From assembly GCA_032718475.1 (NCBI GenBank), contig JAUCBJ010007165.1:15094-79093 (forward strand): a DNA stretch of 64,000 bases, in the 5' to 3' direction. The translations under genes and the position numbers were made by a program. Under the pieces are notes generated by a model. That model had not been told where the DNA came from and did not search any database. It saw only the letters and a list, made by a program, of their open reading frames with translations. This DNA comes from Nemertoderma westbladi (lineage: Eukaryota > Animalia > Xenacoelomorpha). Of this stretch, positions 62,019 through 64,000 are shown piece by piece. The stretch's first letter is position 1. Each line of letters opens with the position of its first letter.

Positions 62019-62996
62019 TTACTGGAGTCCCCGAAAGTATTTGAGTTCTCTACAGGCCTTCAACCAACATTCTGCCTTTAAACCTTCCAGCGAACCCAAC
62101 CCGCTCAGCACTGAGTACATTAATATATCCGCCATCGACAATCGATTGTCCACCAGCCAGGAATCCTTGTTCTTCGAGAAATGCGACTCTATTCCTCGAA
62201 GAACTGCTGCCTCTGCCGTGCCCTGTAGAAGACCGTGGGTTACTGCGTCCAACCATTGGTTAATCAAAGCGCCTGCAATCGGTTTATTGCCGCACAAATC
62301 AGGGAGGAAATTCCTACATACGTAGCGCGTTAGATTGGCCACGCCAACTAGGGGTTGTTCCCCTGGGACTACTAACAGGGTGGGGGCGTCCACAGCGCGG
62401 CTCCAGATTAGCGTCAAGGCCAGAGTGTAGCGGCTCCGGGAGACGGGCATGTGGTCGGGGGTGGAGGTGAGTATACCGGAAAATCGGTTGGGCGAGGGTT
62501 GCTCGCGCACGGAGCAGTGGCGGTGCTCGGCAGTGAGCACGGAGTAGTGCTCGGTTAGCAGTCGGTATAACGGGATTATTACCCACGGAAACCGGTCCGG
62601 TGGAACATGAAGCACTAAATCTCGAGTCACGCCCGAATATAAGAGTTTATTAACCTCGGAAAGCCCTCGGTCTTCCGAACCAACTAAATCCCTCCTAGCC
62701 GTAACAGGTTTATCAATAGAAATCAATTTATCGGGTTTTTCAACCGGCCCTAATTTCATTAACTTCCTTTGTATCATTTCTAGACTGCTGAATATCGCTT
62801 TCTGTTGGTTCATTATAGATTGAATCTCTTCCATAGCAACCGCATTGGCTCCCTGCTGAGGGGTCTCATTGTACTGATTGACTAGGTTCACCGAGCCTGT
62901 AGTAACGATATCGGATTTACAGATATTGGGAACGCGGTACATACAATCTGGTAACTCTGGTGTAACCATAGCATGGTACGGCTTGACTTCGTACAT
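62019..62996 (-). CDS. AIMP2: Aminoacyl-tRNA synthetase complex-interacting multifunctional protein 2 (p38/JTV1); coding region intronless (alternative ATG at 63026)
   Basis: N-terminal MYEVKPYH..ELPDCMYRVPN (LysRS-binding peptide), leucine zipper, thioredoxin-like RDLVLH..P..SRSRYTLALTLIW, and GST-C WLVDNRLSMADI..WLKAC. Confidence 0.9.
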   Translation of the reverse strand: MYEVKPYHAMVTPELPDCMYRVPNICKSDIVTTGSVNLVNQYNETPQQGANAVAMEEIQSIMNQQKAIFSSLEMIQRKLMKLGPVEKPDKLISIDKPVTARRDLVGSEDRGLSEVNKLLYSGVTRDLVLHVPPDRFPWVIIPLYRLLTEHYSVLTAEHRHCSVREQPSPNRFSGILTSTPDHMPVSRSRYTLALTLIWSRAVDAPTLLVVPGEQPLVGVANLTRYVCRNFLPDLCGNKPIAGALINQWLDAVTHGLLQGTAEAAVLRGIESHFSKNKDSWLVDNRLSMADILMYSVLSGLGSLEGLKAECWLKACRELKYFRGLQ

Positions 62997-63030
62997 TGTA
63001 AATATCAGTATATCGGCAGTAGGCATATAG

Positions 63031-63163
63031 CTGTATAGAATACCAATAAAATTACCAACAAACGTTTACAGGGGCCTAATAATTAATACTGTATTGCCGG
63101 TACAGTAAGAAAGAAGTAATAACGTACCGGTACCGGTAACTAAATAGCATGATATCAACTTAC
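63031..63163 (-). other. Putative 5'UTR intron of AIMP2
   Basis: GTAAGT donor at 63163 and tattctatacAG acceptor at 63031, just upstream of the ATGs. Confidence 0.45.
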
Positions 63164-64000
63164 AGACTTTATCAGCGTTCTCTTGACGTCCTCGTAAAGC
63201 AGAAAAGTAGCGCTTTGTAGCGTTGCGACTTTATAGGACTGAGTACTATACAATACATTGATGATAGCCAATGTTTTTTGTAAGTGTAAAATTATTTATT
63301 CCAAAATAGTAACATTACTCAACGCCGTTAGTATTAACAGCGAGTTGTTATTTAGCACTTGACAACTTTAGAGGACATTGCCGCATTGTATTGGCATGTA
63401 CATTTAGTATTGTATTTGGTGTTATTGTTAACGTGGTAACCCATGACTGCGTTATGTAATGTCCACTAAGGGGACATTACTTAACGCCGTCATTGGATAC
63501 CACGTACTGACGTAAACAATGTGGAAATTTGCCTGACAGCCAGATAGGCCTACTGCATTACCTACCGGTAGGCGGGGTGTAGCTATTAATAACCAGTAGG
63601 GCCTAGCTATATTATTATATCATGGCTCCAAACGCCAGCCATAAATATAAGCTAAATCATTTATAACGGTGGCTGAATTCGGCCAAAATTAATTATATTA
63701 TGGAAACACGTTTTTGGTGATGTTGTAAAATTAATTATATTACGAAAGCACGTTTTTTTTTGGGGGCATGGGGTGGAATTCAAATATGTACCGCTACTCA
63801 TTCGCCAATGATGTAATTCCTGCAAGTGCTGAAGTGTGCAGGCCAGTTAGTAGGCTACTGTAGTAGTAGGACACAGGGACAGCGGGGCGTTAGGCAGAGC
63901 CATTAATAGTAGTGGAGTAGGCCTAGCTGTATCTAACAAAACCTGTCTAGGCCAATAGGCCTAGGTTATCATAGCTATGTAGCCGGTAGGCCTACTACAA

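Noticed and set aside
63540-64000. Clusters of TAGGCCTA/ACCGGT palindromes
   Set aside because: Scattered across the whole window; they look like a genome-wide compositional motif rather than a locus-specific signal.

Overview
AT-rich, repeat-dense eukaryotic (animal, probably invertebrate) DNA; not prokaryotic. Two host genes are recognisable: UPF2 (two exons, 45844-48618 and 52277-53017) and AIMP2 (62019-62996, minus). The rest is mostly mobile or repeated DNA. The most unusual item is a decayed, rearranged Helitron-like element at about 12.2-26.7 kb. Its reconstructed spliced ORF reads OTU protease, Cys/His-rich region, divergent HUH Rep, Pif1 helicase and an SLX1-like GIY-YIG nuclease. 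It comes with a Pro-rich accessory ORF, a triplicated regulatory/palindrome block, and 30-bp and 40-bp satellites. Also present: a young 11.5-kb BEL/Pao LTR element with an open Gag-protease ORF but no RT or integrase, several RTE-clade LINE fragments, a tyrosine-recombinase-like remnant, two fibrinogen-domain pseudogenes, MITE/HINE-like elements, and satellites whose units carry splice signals. All calls come from reading motifs by eye. No database search was run, and boundaries of decayed elements are approximate.
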